Source: Sumerlaeia bacterium (GTDB lineage: Bacteria > Sumerlaeota > Sumerlaeia > SLMS01 > JAHLLQ01). From it: a DNA stretch of 64,000 nucleotides. The translations under genes were made by a program, and so were the position numbers. The notes beneath the pieces were generated by a model that made no database searches, had not been told where the DNA came from, and saw only the letters and a program-made list of their open reading frames with translations. This document shows positions 19,674 to 29,548 of this stretch, piece after piece; positions within the stretch are counted from its first letter, which is position 1, and every line of letters begins with the position of its first letter. The stretch covers positions 96,001 to 160,000 of the forward strand of contig JAVJSW010000060.1 in the NCBI GenBank assembly GCA_040219255.1, given 5' to 3'.

Positions 19674-20444
19674 TCAATCGTCCTCGGACCGCGTGGCGTA
19701 GCCCTGGGCCGTGTGGAGCGGCGCGCGGCGGGCCCGTTCCCGTTCGGCGGCCTGGACGGAAGCCAGCAGTAGGCTTTGGTAGTCGCCGACGTCGGTCCAC
19801 CAGCCGGGCAGGACGGCATGGCGCAATTGCCCCTCCTCGGCATAGAGGTTGTTCACGGCGGTCAGATCGCTGGATTCGCTCAGGCAGTGGCGGGCCTGCG
19901 TCAGCTTGGACCAGAAGGTGGCGTCGTAGAAGTAGGCGCCGGCCACAGCGTACTGGCTGAGGGGGCGGCTGGGTTTTTCTTCGATGCGGACAATGTGGCC
20001 GTTCTCGATTTTCGCGACGCCAAAGCGGGTCAGGTCGGGCGATTGCTCGAGCAGCACCAGGGCGCCGCCGCCCGCCTCGTCGAATTGCGCCCGCGCCGCC
20101 GCCAGGCTGCTTTCGAACAGATTGTCCGCCAGCAGCACGACGCACGGTTCACTCTCGGCGTGCGGCCGGGCGGCGTCGAGGGCCAGTTGGCCGCCTTCCC
20201 GCACCACGATCTGAATCGGAACGGGCGATTCGAAGGCCGCCGCGGCCGTTTCGAAATCCTGGTGAAACGCCGGATCCACGACGAGAAGGATTTCCGTCGC
20301 GCCCGCCTCGGCCACGGCCGCCAGCGCCCAGAACACCATGGGCCGGTCGAACACCGGCAGCAAATAGCGGCTCGTGATGGTGCTCAGGGGGGCGAAGGCG
20401 CACTTCGCCGCCCGCGACTGGGTGGCGAGGACGATGCCCTTCAT
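19674..20444 (-). CDS. Sugar-phosphate nucleotidyltransferase-like protein (RmlA-like, degenerate GGxGTR loop)
   Basis: MKGIVLA.., LLPVFDRPM, LADNLF, RFGVA, IEEKP, WTDVG. Confidence 0.8.
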   Translation of the reverse strand: MKGIVLATQSRAAKCAFAPLSTITSRYLLPVFDRPMVFWALAAVAEAGATEILLVVDPAFHQDFETAAAAFESPVPIQIVVREGGQLALDAARPHAESEPCVVLLADNLFESSLAAARAQFDEAGGGALVLLEQSPDLTRFGVAKIENGHIVRIEEKPSRPLSQYAVAGAYFYDATFWSKLTQARHCLSESSDLTAVNNLYAEEGQLRHAVLPGWWTDVGDYQSLLLASVQAAERERARRAPLHTAQGYATRSEDD

Positions 20445-21439
20445 TGCGGTGCCTTGCGGATGCTTTGGCCGTCGCTGGCCTCGCCGTCGAACCCGATGCG
20501 CTCGCGGACGAAGTAGAGTGGCCGGGCCTTCACTTCTTCAAAAATGCGGCCCACGTACTCGCCCAGGATGCCGGTGCAGATCAACTGCACCCCGCCAAAG
20601 AACAGAATCAGCATAATCGTCGAGGACCAGCCGGGAACAGTGCTGCCATCCATCCAGTTCACCAGGACCTTGATCCCATAGAGAAAGCCCAGTGCCGCCG
20701 CGCCAAAACCCGCCAGGATGGCGAACTGGAGCGGAACGGTGCTGAAGGATGTCATGCCGTCGACGGCGAAGCGCAGCATCTTGCGCAGCGGGTACTTCGT
20801 TTCGCCGGCGAAGCGGGCGGGGCGCTTGTAGGGCACGCCGGTCTGGCGGAAACCCACCCAGGTGAACAGCCCGCGAAGGAAGCGGTTGCGTTCGCGGATG
20901 GAAAGTACGCTGTCCAGAGCCCGCCGGTTGATGAGGCGGAAATCGCCCGTATCGAGCGGGATGTTGATCGCCGTGCAGAAGCGCAGGAGACGATAGAACA
21001 AGGCGGCGGTGGCGCGCTTGAATGCCGACTCGCCCGCGCGTTCGGTGCGCACCGCATAGACCACGTCGAAGCCTTCGTTCATCTTGGCGATCATGCGGGG
21101 CAATAGTTCCGGCGGGTCCTGCAGGTCCGCGTCCATCATCGCCACCATCTCGCCGCGGGCGTGGTCCAGCCCGGCGGTCAGGGCCGTCTGATGGCCGAAG
21201 TTGCGCGACAGGCTGATGGCGCGAAGGTGCGGATCACGCGCCACCAGCTCCTTGATGATCTCCAGCGTGCGGTCGGCGCTGCCGTCGTTGACGAAGACGA
21301 GTTCGTAACTCAGGCCGAGTTTCGAGAAGACCTTGGTGAGGCGCGCGTGGAGTTGGGGGAGCGATTGCTCCTCGTTGTAGATGGGGACAACGGCGGAGAT
21401 CTGGGGCGGCGGCGAGTTGAGCGGGTCCACGGGGGTCAT
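20441..21439 (-). CDS. GT2 polyprenyl-phosphate glycosyltransferase (GtrB/ArnC-like)
   Basis: VVPIYNEE, VNDGSADRT, LSRNFGHQ, MDADLQDPP, two C-terminal TM helices. Confidence 0.92.
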   Translation of the reverse strand: MTPVDPLNSPPPQISAVVPIYNEEQSLPQLHARLTKVFSKLGLSYELVFVNDGSADRTLEIIKELVARDPHLRAISLSRNFGHQTALTAGLDHARGEMVAMMDADLQDPPELLPRMIAKMNEGFDVVYAVRTERAGESAFKRATAALFYRLLRFCTAINIPLDTGDFRLINRRALDSVLSIRERNRFLRGLFTWVGFRQTGVPYKRPARFAGETKYPLRKMLRFAVDGMTSFSTVPLQFAILAGFGAAALGFLYGIKVLVNWMDGSTVPGWSSTIMLILFFGGVQLICTGILGEYVGRIFEEVKARPLYFVRERIGFDGEASDGQSIRKAPQ

Positions 21440-21777
21440 TCTGGGGCGGTGAGTTTCTTGAGCAAAGCGGCCATTTCGCGGCCTGCCTGGAGGTCCCCCG
21501 TCCGCTCCGCCGTCGCAACGCCTTTTTCATAGATGGCGCGGGCGCTGGCGGGGTCCTGGGCCTTGCGGTAGGCATCGCCCAGGAAGCGGTACGCGGCGGT
21601 GTATTCGGGGTCGAGTTCGACGCAGCGGGCGAGGGCCTCGGCGGCCTGGACGAAGCGCCCGCCCCGCAACCGTTCCTGGCCCAGGAGGAAGTGAGTCAAT
21701 GCGTCGTCAGGCTCCATTTCCGCCAGCGCTTCCAGCTTGGCGATGCGATCGGCGGTTTCTTCGGGGGTGTATTCCAT
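21436..21777 (-). CDS. Small tetratricopeptide-repeat protein
   Basis: From MEYTPEE: PDDALTHFLLG..AAEAL..DPEYTAAYRFLGDAY TPR pattern. Confidence 0.8.
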   Translation of the reverse strand: MEYTPEETADRIAKLEALAEMEPDDALTHFLLGQERLRGGRFVQAAEALARCVELDPEYTAAYRFLGDAYRKAQDPASARAIYEKGVATAERTGDLQAGREMAALLKKLTAPE

Positions 21778-21978
21778 CGCGCGGTCGCGTCCTCGGGAAG
21801 GCGGGAATTGCAGGCGCGAGGGTGCGCGGGCGAGGCGGGCGAGGTCAAGGAAACCCCGCCCTTTTTCATGGCCCGAAATCTGCTCTCCCGGGCAAATTGC
21901 GTTTGTACCGCACCATCGTTCCGGATTGAATGCTCGCGGAACAATGGACATCAAGGATGAGGACGATTGGAACGAGCT

Positions 21979-22614
21979 ATGACCGCAGCGGAAGTGTTTG
22001 ACAATTCGGGTACGGGCCCCATCGATCAGTTCGATTCGCCGGGCTTGAAAGGCATCGGCATCGAAGACATCGTCCGCCAGATGCTCGATCATCTCGGCGA
22101 AGATCCCGATCGCGAGGGCCTTGTCAAAACGCCCGCCCGCGTCGACCGCTCGATGGCCTTCCTCACCGCCGGCTATCGTATGCGAATCGACGATGTGGTC
22201 GGCGACGCCATTTTCCACGAACAGATCGACGACATGGTGATCGTCAAAGACATCGAGTTCTACTCGATGTGCGAGCACCATATGCTGCCCTTCTTCGGCC
22301 AGGTGCATGTCGCCTACATCCCCAACGGCAAGGTGATCGGCCTGTCCAAGCTGCCCCGCATCGTGGAAATGTTCTCGCGCCGCCTCCAACTCCAGGAACG
22401 CATGACCCGCCAGATCGCCAAGTGCATCGAGGAAGTGCTCGAACCCAAAGCGGTCTGCGTGATCAGCGAAGCCCGCCACCTCTGCATGATGATGCGCGGC
22501 ATTCAGAAACAGCAGTCCTCCACCATTTCCTCCGCCATGCTGGGCGAATTCCGCACCAAACCCAAGATGCGCATCGAACTGATGGGCATGCTGGAGAACA
22601 GCTTCCGGCGGTAG
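21979..22614 (+). CDS. folE: GTP cyclohydrolase I
   Basis: [49 protein letters not shown]. Confidence 0.96.
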   Translation: MTAAEVFDNSGTGPIDQFDSPGLKGIGIEDIVRQMLDHLGEDPDREGLVKTPARVDRSMAFLTAGYRMRIDDVVGDAIFHEQIDDMVIVKDIEFYSMCEHHMLPFFGQVHVAYIPNGKVIGLSKLPRIVEMFSRRLQLQERMTRQIAKCIEEVLEPKAVCVISEARHLCMMMRGIQKQQSSTISSAMLGEFRTKPKMRIELMGMLENSFRR

Positions 22615-22635
22615 GGCGGCTGGGGTCTTTGGGAT

Positions 22636-22872
22636 TTCACCGCAGAGACGCGGAGGACGCAGAGAGGGTTCGGTTCATTTATTTTGAGTGGTGCTTTAGT
22701 GGGGGGATTGTTGAAGTTCCGGTGTCATTTGCGAGGTTTTGATCGAATCGGATCTCGGCATCGGTCCCAGAGATTTTTTATTTAGCCGAACTTAACGATT
22801 CTTGCGAGCGAACCGCCCTCGCCTGTAACCCCCTCAGTGAAACCACTGTCCTCTGAGACACTCTGTGGTTAA
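22636..22872. repeat. Empty inverted pair of 8-9-nt-periodic repeats (cgcagag/cacagag family)
   Basis: ttcaccgcagagacgcggaggacgcagag (22636-22664) faces cctctgagacactctgtggttaa (to 22872) across an AT-richer spacer. Confidence 0.65.
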
Positions 22873-22996
22873 CAACCCCCCCAGCGGCGCTTCGCGAGAT
22901 TGACGCTTGCGCGGCGCGGCGGACGTGGCCAACTGGGGCGATGTCGTGGCCTGGCAGGCGATGCCGGGCCGATTCTTCCGCTTCCCCAGAGAGATC

Positions 22997-24880
22997 ATGT
23001 CCGTCCGCCCCTCCCGAGCCCGCCAGCCCCAGACCGCTTCCTCCTCCCTAATAGCCGATTCAAACGATGGGAAAGGGTCCGGCGAGAAGCCCCGGCCGCG
23101 TTGGCGGACGAGGCTTGGCATGCTGCTGCCTCCCATCGGCGAACTGCGCGAACGCAAGGCGGCCTTTCTCTGGGCGCTCCTATCGGTGGTTCTGCTCCGG
23201 CTTTGCTGGGCGCCGGTCGAGTGGGGCGTGCTGGCGCTGGTGGCGCTGGTTCCGTTCCTGTGGGGCCTGCGAGGCATGTCGCCCCGGGCGGCCTTCTGGT
23301 ACGGCTGGGTATTCGGAGGCATCCACTTCTACACGATTCTGACGTGGCTCAATTCCGTGGCTCGGTTCGGCATTCTGGCGCCGGGCGGGTTTCCCCTGAT
23401 CTATGTGGGCGTGGTGCTGATGGCCTTCATTATGGGGCTGTACGTGGCGGTGTCGTCGGCGGGGATGGTCTGGTTCGGGCGCCGGCTCAATCCGTGGGGG
23501 GCGTTGGGGATGTCGGCGCTGCTGTGGGCGGGTCTGGAATGGCTCCGGTCCGCCGGCAGCCTCGGTTTCCCCTGGGGCTTGCTGGGCTATTCCGTGTACA
23601 CGGTGGAGCCATTGGCGGCGCTGGCGAGTCTGGGCGGTGTACCGCTGATTTCCTCGTTCCTGCTCCTCATCAACATCGAAGTCATGGAGGCCGTCGCAGC
23701 CACGCGGCGGCGCCAGTGGAGCCTGGATGTGGCCCTGCGGGTCGCCGCCGCGGCGGGGCTCTTGGTGGCCGCGCTGGCCTGGGGCTTTGGCGAGCCCCCC
23801 CAGCCCGCCAGCACGATGCGCGTCGCGGTGGTGCAGCCCAACATCCCGCAGGACGAAAAATTCGCCTCCTACTCGCCGGAGGAAGGCGTGGAGCGCCAAA
23901 TGGCCCTGCAGGAAGAGGTGACGCTGACCATTCTGGACATGCTGCGGGACCTCGAGCCCGGCGCCTACGATCTCGTCGTTCTGCCAGAGAGCGCCTTTCC
24001 CCAGCCCTGGTTCGATATCGAAATCCGCGAGTCCGCCCTCCAGCGCGAACTCCGCGCCATCGCCACCGAACTCGACGCCACGCTTCTCGTGGGGTCGGCG
24101 GACAACGTCTTCTACGACGTGGACAATCAGGAAGTGGAGGACTACCGCCAGGCTGTTCAGACGGGCCAGGAGTTGGCCCATGGCTACTACAACGCGGCGT
24201 ACTTCATCCGCCCCGGCGACTCCGAATTCCAGGGGTCGGCGGAATACCGCAAGATCCACCTGGTGCCCTTCGGCGAAACGATCCCCTTCGCCGATTCGTT
24301 CGACGCTCTCAGCAATCTGCTGCCCATCGGGGGCTTCCAGGCCGGGGCGCCGCGCCAGGCGGCGGTGTACATCGACGCGCGCGGAGGGGCCGGCGAGAGC
24401 GGGGAAGCGGAGGCTCTGCCGGAGCCGCCGAAGGTGCCGGTTCACGTCGCGCCGACGATCTGTTTCGAGGACTTTTTCCCGTACCTGCACTATCGGATGT
24501 CCAGGCGCGGAGCCGAGGTCTTCGTCAACATCACGAACGACGCGTGGTACGATCCGACGCTGGGGAGCCGGCTGCACTTCGCCCACGCCCGGATGCGGAG
24601 CGTGGAGGTGGCGCGGCCCATGATTCGCTGTGCCAACACGGGCGTTACCGCCATTGTGGGTGCGGACGGCGAAGTGCTTTCGGAATTGCCGCTTCGCGAG
24701 CGCGGCGTGCTCTCGGCGGAGGTGCCGCTGATGGGGCCCGAAGTGCAAACAGTTGCAACGCGATTCGGTTCCAACTGGGGGATTCTCGGATTCCTGCTCG
24801 GATTGGGCGGATGGATCGGACTGGCGCTGGCCGGGAAAAGTCGGAGTAAAAGGCTTGATCCTGGCCCCGGGACGCTCTAA
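22997..24880 (+). CDS. lnt: Apolipoprotein N-acyltransferase
   Basis: Multiple TMs, [51 protein letters not shown]. Confidence 0.95.
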   Translation: MSVRPSRARQPQTASSSLIADSNDGKGSGEKPRPRWRTRLGMLLPPIGELRERKAAFLWALLSVVLLRLCWAPVEWGVLALVALVPFLWGLRGMSPRAAFWYGWVFGGIHFYTILTWLNSVARFGILAPGGFPLIYVGVVLMAFIMGLYVAVSSAGMVWFGRRLNPWGALGMSALLWAGLEWLRSAGSLGFPWGLLGYSVYTVEPLAALASLGGVPLISSFLLLINIEVMEAVAATRRRQWSLDVALRVAAAAGLLVAALAWGFGEPPQPASTMRVAVVQPNIPQDEKFASYSPEEGVERQMALQEEVTLTILDMLRDLEPGAYDLVVLPESAFPQPWFDIEIRESALQRELRAIATELDATLLVGSADNVFYDVDNQEVEDYRQAVQTGQELAHGYYNAAYFIRPGDSEFQGSAEYRKIHLVPFGETIPFADSFDALSNLLPIGGFQAGAPRQAAVYIDARGGAGESGEAEALPEPPKVPVHVAPTICFEDFFPYLHYRMSRRGAEVFVNITNDAWYDPTLGSRLHFAHARMRSVEVARPMIRCANTGVTAIVGADGEVLSELPLRERGVLSAEVPLMGPEVQTVATRFGSNWGILGFLLGLGGWIGLALAGKSRSKRLDPGPGTL

Positions 24881-24929
24881 GGCGGTTGGCTATGACAGGA
24901 TTACTTTTCTAACCAAAGGGGCATATGCC

Positions 24930-26891
24930 ATGACCGAAGCAGTGGTTTTCGACGATCTTCTCCACGAGAATCGAGAATTTCCTCCCTCCGACGAATTCCG
25001 GAAGAACGCCATCGTCAGTGATAAGTCCTTGTACGAGAAGGGCAAAGCGGACTTTGAAGGATATTGGGAAAGCGAAGCCCATGAGCTGGAATGGTTCGAG
25101 CCCTGGAATAAGGTCCTCAATTGGAACCCGCCCCACTGTGAATGGTTCACCGGCGGCAAAATCAACATCACCCACAACTGCATCGACCGCCACCTCAAGG
25201 GCCCGCGCCGCAACAAGGCCGCCCTCATCTGGGAAGGCGAGGATTTCGAAGTCAAAACCCTGACGTATCTGCAACTGCACCGCGAGGTCTGCAAGTTCGG
25301 AAACGCCATGAAAAATCATGGCGTCAGGAAAGGCGATCGTGTCGCTATCTACATGCCGATGATTCCGGAAGCCGCCATCGCCATGCTCGCCTGCGCCCGC
25401 ATCGGCGCCATCCACAGCGTGGTCTTCGGCGGGTTCTCCGCCGAATCCCTGTGCGACCGCATCCAGGACGCCCAGTGCAAGATGCTCATCACCGCCGATG
25501 GCGGTTGGCGCCGCGGCGGCATCGTCCAACTCAAATCCATGGCCGACAAGGCGCTGGACAAATGCCCCAGCATCGAAACCGTCGTCGTCGTCAAACGCCC
25601 CCATGGCGACCCCTTCCCCTGTCACATCCAGGAAGGCCGCGACGTCTGGTACCATCGCATCATGCAGGACGCCACCGCCGACTGCCCCGCCGAGCCGATG
25701 GACGCGGAAGATCCCCTCTTCATCCTCTACACCTCCGGCACCACCGGCAAACCCAAGGGCATCGTCCACACCTGCGGCGGCTACAGTGTCGGCACCTACT
25801 CGACGACCAAGTACGTCTTCGACCTGAAGGAAGATGACATTTACTGGTGCACGGCCGACGTGGGCTGGATCACCGGCCACAGCTACATCGTCTACGGCCC
25901 GCTGCAGTGCGGCGCCACCTGCCTGCTCTACGAAGGCGCCCCGAACTGGCCCGAAAACGACCGCTTCTGGGACATCTGCGAACGCCACGGCGTGACGGTG
26001 TTTTACACGGCGCCGACGGCGATTCGCGCCTTCATGAAATGGGGCCACCAACTGACCGAGAAATACGACCTCGGCGCCCTGCGCCTGCTCGGCTCCGTCG
26101 GCGAGCCCATCAATCCGGAAGCCTGGATGTGGTACCACAAGTGGATCGGCCGCGAGAAATGCCCCATCGTGGATACATGGTGGCAGACGGAAACGGGCAG
26201 CATCATGATTTCCACACTGCCCGGCGCCGACATCGCCCGGCCCGGCTCGGCGGGCTTCGCCATGCCCGGCATTCACGCGAAAATCCTCGCCGAGAGCGGC
26301 AAGGAAGTGGAAGCCGGCAGCGGCCTGCTGGCCATCACCAAACCCTGGCCGTCGATGCTCCGCACCATCTGGGGTGATGACGAGCGGTACGTGAACACCT
26401 ACTTCAGCAAGTGGGACAATTCGAACTACTTCCCCGGCGACGGCGCCAAGGTCGACGCCAAGGGCTACTTCACGGTCCTGGGCCGCGTCGACGACGTGCT
26501 CAACGTGTCCGGCCACCGCATCGGAACCGCGGAAATCGAGAGCGCCCTGGTGGAGCACGAAGCGACCGCCGAAGCCGCCGTCGTCGGCCGCAAGGACGAC
26601 CTGAAGGGCCAAGCCATCGTGGCCTTCGTGACCCTCAAGCAGCGCTTCCAACAGAGCGACGAATTGCGCAAGGAACTGCGCGAATTCGTGAAGGAAAAAA
26701 TCGGCGCCATCGCCCGGCCCGACGACCTCATCTTCAGCGCCGACCTGCCCAAAACGCGCTCGGGTAAGATCATGCGCCGTCTGCTCCGCGACATCGCCGA
26801 AGGCCGCGCCCTGGGCGACACCACCACCCTGGCCGATCCCTCCATCGTCCAGCAGCTCCGCGAAAGCTACGAAGAAAAATACGGCGACTGA
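24930..26891 (+). CDS. acs: Acetate--CoA ligase
   Basis: [43 protein letters not shown]. Confidence 0.97.
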   Translation: MTEAVVFDDLLHENREFPPSDEFRKNAIVSDKSLYEKGKADFEGYWESEAHELEWFEPWNKVLNWNPPHCEWFTGGKINITHNCIDRHLKGPRRNKAALIWEGEDFEVKTLTYLQLHREVCKFGNAMKNHGVRKGDRVAIYMPMIPEAAIAMLACARIGAIHSVVFGGFSAESLCDRIQDAQCKMLITADGGWRRGGIVQLKSMADKALDKCPSIETVVVVKRPHGDPFPCHIQEGRDVWYHRIMQDATADCPAEPMDAEDPLFILYTSGTTGKPKGIVHTCGGYSVGTYSTTKYVFDLKEDDIYWCTADVGWITGHSYIVYGPLQCGATCLLYEGAPNWPENDRFWDICERHGVTVFYTAPTAIRAFMKWGHQLTEKYDLGALRLLGSVGEPINPEAWMWYHKWIGREKCPIVDTWWQTETGSIMISTLPGADIARPGSAGFAMPGIHAKILAESGKEVEAGSGLLAITKPWPSMLRTIWGDDERYVNTYFSKWDNSNYFPGDGAKVDAKGYFTVLGRVDDVLNVSGHRIGTAEIESALVEHEATAEAAVVGRKDDLKGQAIVAFVTLKQRFQQSDELRKELREFVKEKIGAIARPDDLIFSADLPKTRSGKIMRRLLRDIAEGRALGDTTTLADPSIVQQLRESYEEKYGD

Positions 26892-26929
26892 GACACCCTT
26901 CCACCCAAACCGAACGACAGGAGTGCCTC

Positions 26930-27448
26930 GTGGCCTCGTCTTCCACTCAAGAGCATCGGCGAAGCGCCGAAAAGTTGGCCGCGATTCGCGTTGCCGTGCT
27001 GACCATCAGCGACACCCGCACCCCGGAGACGGACAAGAGCGGTGCGCTGATCCAGGAGCTTTTGAGGGACGAAGGTCACGAGGTCGTTTATTACGAAGTA
27101 CTGAGGGATGAACCCTTAGATATCAAAGAACGGGTTTTTTTCCTCTGCCAGCGGCCCGATGTGCAGGCCGTCTTGCTGAACGGGGGCACGGGAATTTCGC
27201 CGCGGGACGGGACATTTGAAGCGCTGGAAAGCATCTTGCTGAAATCCCTGCGAGGTTTTGGTGAGTTGTTCCGGATGCTGTCTTGGGCGGAAGTTGGATC
27301 GGCGGCGATGTTGTCGAGAGCCACCGCTGGCATCTGCGGAACTGCGATCGTTTTCTCCATGCCCGGCTCCACGAACGCCGTCGGTCTGGCCATGCGTTCA
27401 CTGATTCTGCCGGAGTTGCGGCATCTGGTCTTCGAACTCACCAAGTAA
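26930..27448 (+). CDS. moaB: Molybdenum cofactor biosynthesis protein MoaB/MogA family
   Basis: VLTISDTR..DKSG, NGGTGISPRD, GFGELFR, AMLSRA, MPGS. Confidence 0.92.
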   Translation: MASSSTQEHRRSAEKLAAIRVAVLTISDTRTPETDKSGALIQELLRDEGHEVVYYEVLRDEPLDIKERVFFLCQRPDVQAVLLNGGTGISPRDGTFEALESILLKSLRGFGELFRMLSWAEVGSAAMLSRATAGICGTAIVFSMPGSTNAVGLAMRSLILPELRHLVFELTK

Positions 27449-27513
27449 CTCGAATGGCGCGCCCCCGCTCCGGGGCCACGCGCTCGCGAAAAATTCGAAG
27501 GCGGCTTGGTGAA

Positions 27514-28314
27514 ATGGCTACGCTCCTCAAATCCGGCGGGGTTTTTCTGCATATCCCGAAAACCGGCGGATCCTGGGTCCAGGAAGTTCTCAAGGAACTC
27601 GGCCTGGTGCGGTACAACATCGGTCGTGAGCATGAAGATATGCCATCGATCATGCACTTCCCCCTCGCCAACCCTTACGAGTACCGCCGCAAGTTGATCA
27701 GCCGCGGCCTTGGCTGGCACGGCGACGTGGTCAAGGGCTTCAAGTTCTGTTTCACCAGGAACCCCCTCACCTGGTACGAATCCTACTGGAAGTGGCGCGC
27801 CGGTCAGTGGCCCGAGGGTCCCGACTACTACACCGATTTTCCCGTGGGAACGATCGCCGAGACGGGCGACGACAATTTCAACACGTTCGTCCGCAACGTG
27901 ATCGAAAGGTTTCCCGGCTACGTCACGGCCCTCTATGGGCGCTATGCCGTCCCGGGCCTGATCGACTTCATCGGCAAGCAGGAGACGCTGACCGACGACC
28001 TCATCGCGGTCCTCACTCATCTCAACGAGAACTTCGACGAGGACCGAATCCGCAATTGGCCGAGGGTCAACGCGTCGCAATCCAAGTTCGGCAAACCGGT
28101 CTGGAATCCTTCCGTCCGGGACTTGGCCTGCAAGGCGGAATACGCGGGAATCCTGCGCTACGGATATGAGGTCGATCATCTCGTGCCCACGGCCGTCATG
28201 GCCGAGGTCTTCGAACCCGTCGCCAGCCCCCGCCACGCCAAACTGCCCCAGAGCCGCGTGATCCGCAAACCGCTCCTGGGTGGAAATGGATATCAGGTTC
28301 CCGTCGGTTCCTGA
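27514..28314 (+). CDS. Sulfotransferase family 2-like protein, copy 1
   Basis: FLHIPKTGGSW (5'-PSB-like), FCFTRNPLTWYESYW (3'-PB-like), DFIGKQE. Confidence 0.72.
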   Translation: MATLLKSGGVFLHIPKTGGSWVQEVLKELGLVRYNIGREHEDMPSIMHFPLANPYEYRRKLISRGLGWHGDVVKGFKFCFTRNPLTWYESYWKWRAGQWPEGPDYYTDFPVGTIAETGDDNFNTFVRNVIERFPGYVTALYGRYAVPGLIDFIGKQETLTDDLIAVLTHLNENFDEDRIRNWPRVNASQSKFGKPVWNPSVRDLACKAEYAGILRYGYEVDHLVPTAVMAEVFEPVASPRHAKLPQSRVIRKPLLGGNGYQVPVGS

Positions 28315-28422
28315 AGCCGTCACTCTGCAGAGGATCGCCGCCTGCGGCACCTTCCGGAACCGAACGATGGTATTAAAGTTGAGACGTTGCATGCCTGCGA
28401 CGCGGGATCGATCCCGGCGACC

Positions 28423-28697
28423 GTGCTGAACGATGGAATGGGGACTTCCCGCCCCGTCCCGCCGTGCGAGGTATTGGAAAGCATCTTGCGATAGCGGGGA
28501 CAGGGTTTCGGTGAGTTCTGTCGAAGACTGTCCTGGGCTGGCATGGGTACCGCGGAAATGCTCTCAGCGGCAGCCGCCGGTGCTTGAGCGGAGGGCCTTC
28601 GGTTCGACGCTTGACTCTACCTTTGCAGCCGGTTCGGTGCTCCGTTCGCCGATCTTGCACGAGAGCGCGACACCTCGATTTCGAACTCACCGAGGAG
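28423..28697 (+). pseudogene. Decayed duplicate of the moaB 3' half
   Basis: Shares tggaaagcatcttgc (27225/28475) and ttcgaactcacc (27431/28680) with moaB at a ~1250-nt offset; in-frame TAG at 28492-28494. Confidence 0.8.
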
Positions 28698-28756
28698 CCC
28701 AATGGTTCGGGGCGATTTCGACTCCGCGCAAATTCCCTCAAAGGCGCCTTGGTGCT

Positions 28757-29542
28757 ATGGCATTCCTTCTCAAATCCGGTGGAGTCTTTCTTCACATCCC
28801 CAAGACCGGCGGGATGTGGGTCCAGAAAGTCCTGAAAGAACTTGGACTTGTGCGATACGCCTTCGGTCGCGAGCACGAAGACATGCCAGGAATCGTCAAC
28901 TTCCCCTCGGCCAATCCCTTCGAACACCGTCGCAAAATGGTGCGCCGGGGGATCGCCTGGCACGCCGACGTGCTCAATGGGTACAAATTTTGTTTCGTTC
29001 GCCACCCGCTGACTTGGTACGAGTCGTACTGGAAATGGCGCTCGGGCCAGTGGCACAAGGCCTCCAACTATTACACCGACTTTCCCGTCGGCATGATTCG
29101 CGACACCGGTCACGACGACTTCAATCAATTCGTCCGCGTTGTGAACGAGAAATACCCCGGCTACGTCACAGCCCTCTACGGCCGCTATGCGGTTCCGGGC
29201 CGCATCGATTTCATCGGCAAACAGGAATCGCTAACGGACGATCTGATCACCGTTCTCAACCATCTCAACGAAAACTTCGACGAGGACCGAATCCGGAACT
29301 GGCCGCGCGTCAACGCTTCGAAGTCCAAAGCGGGGAAGCCGGTCTGGGAATCGGAAGTCCGGGAATTGGCCAGCAAGACCGAGTACGCCGGAATCCTGCG
29401 ATACGGCTACGCGGTCGATGACTTGGTGCCCAACGCCACCATGGACGAGGTTCACGAACCGGCGGCGCCAAGCGGCGACCGCGTCGAAGCGCATGAGGAA
29501 GAGGCGTGCCGGCAACCCGCCTTCACGGCCAACGGTCACTGA
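28757..29542 (+). CDS. Sulfotransferase family 2-like protein, copy 2
   Basis: Close paralog of 27514-28314 (LLKSGGVFLHIPKTGG, PLTWYESYWKWR, PGYVTALYGRYAVPG, HLNENFDEDRIRNWPRVNAS). Confidence 0.72.
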   Translation: MAFLLKSGGVFLHIPKTGGMWVQKVLKELGLVRYAFGREHEDMPGIVNFPSANPFEHRRKMVRRGIAWHADVLNGYKFCFVRHPLTWYESYWKWRSGQWHKASNYYTDFPVGMIRDTGHDDFNQFVRVVNEKYPGYVTALYGRYAVPGRIDFIGKQESLTDDLITVLNHLNENFDEDRIRNWPRVNASKSKAGKPVWESEVRELASKTEYAGILRYGYAVDDLVPNATMDEVHEPAAPSGDRVEAHEEEACRQPAFTANGH

Positions 29543-29548
29543 TCGGGG

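Noticed and set aside
28433-28756. N-terminal extension of the second sulfotransferase-like ORF
   Set aside because: This stretch is the decayed moaB duplicate read in another frame; paralog alignment places the start at 28757.
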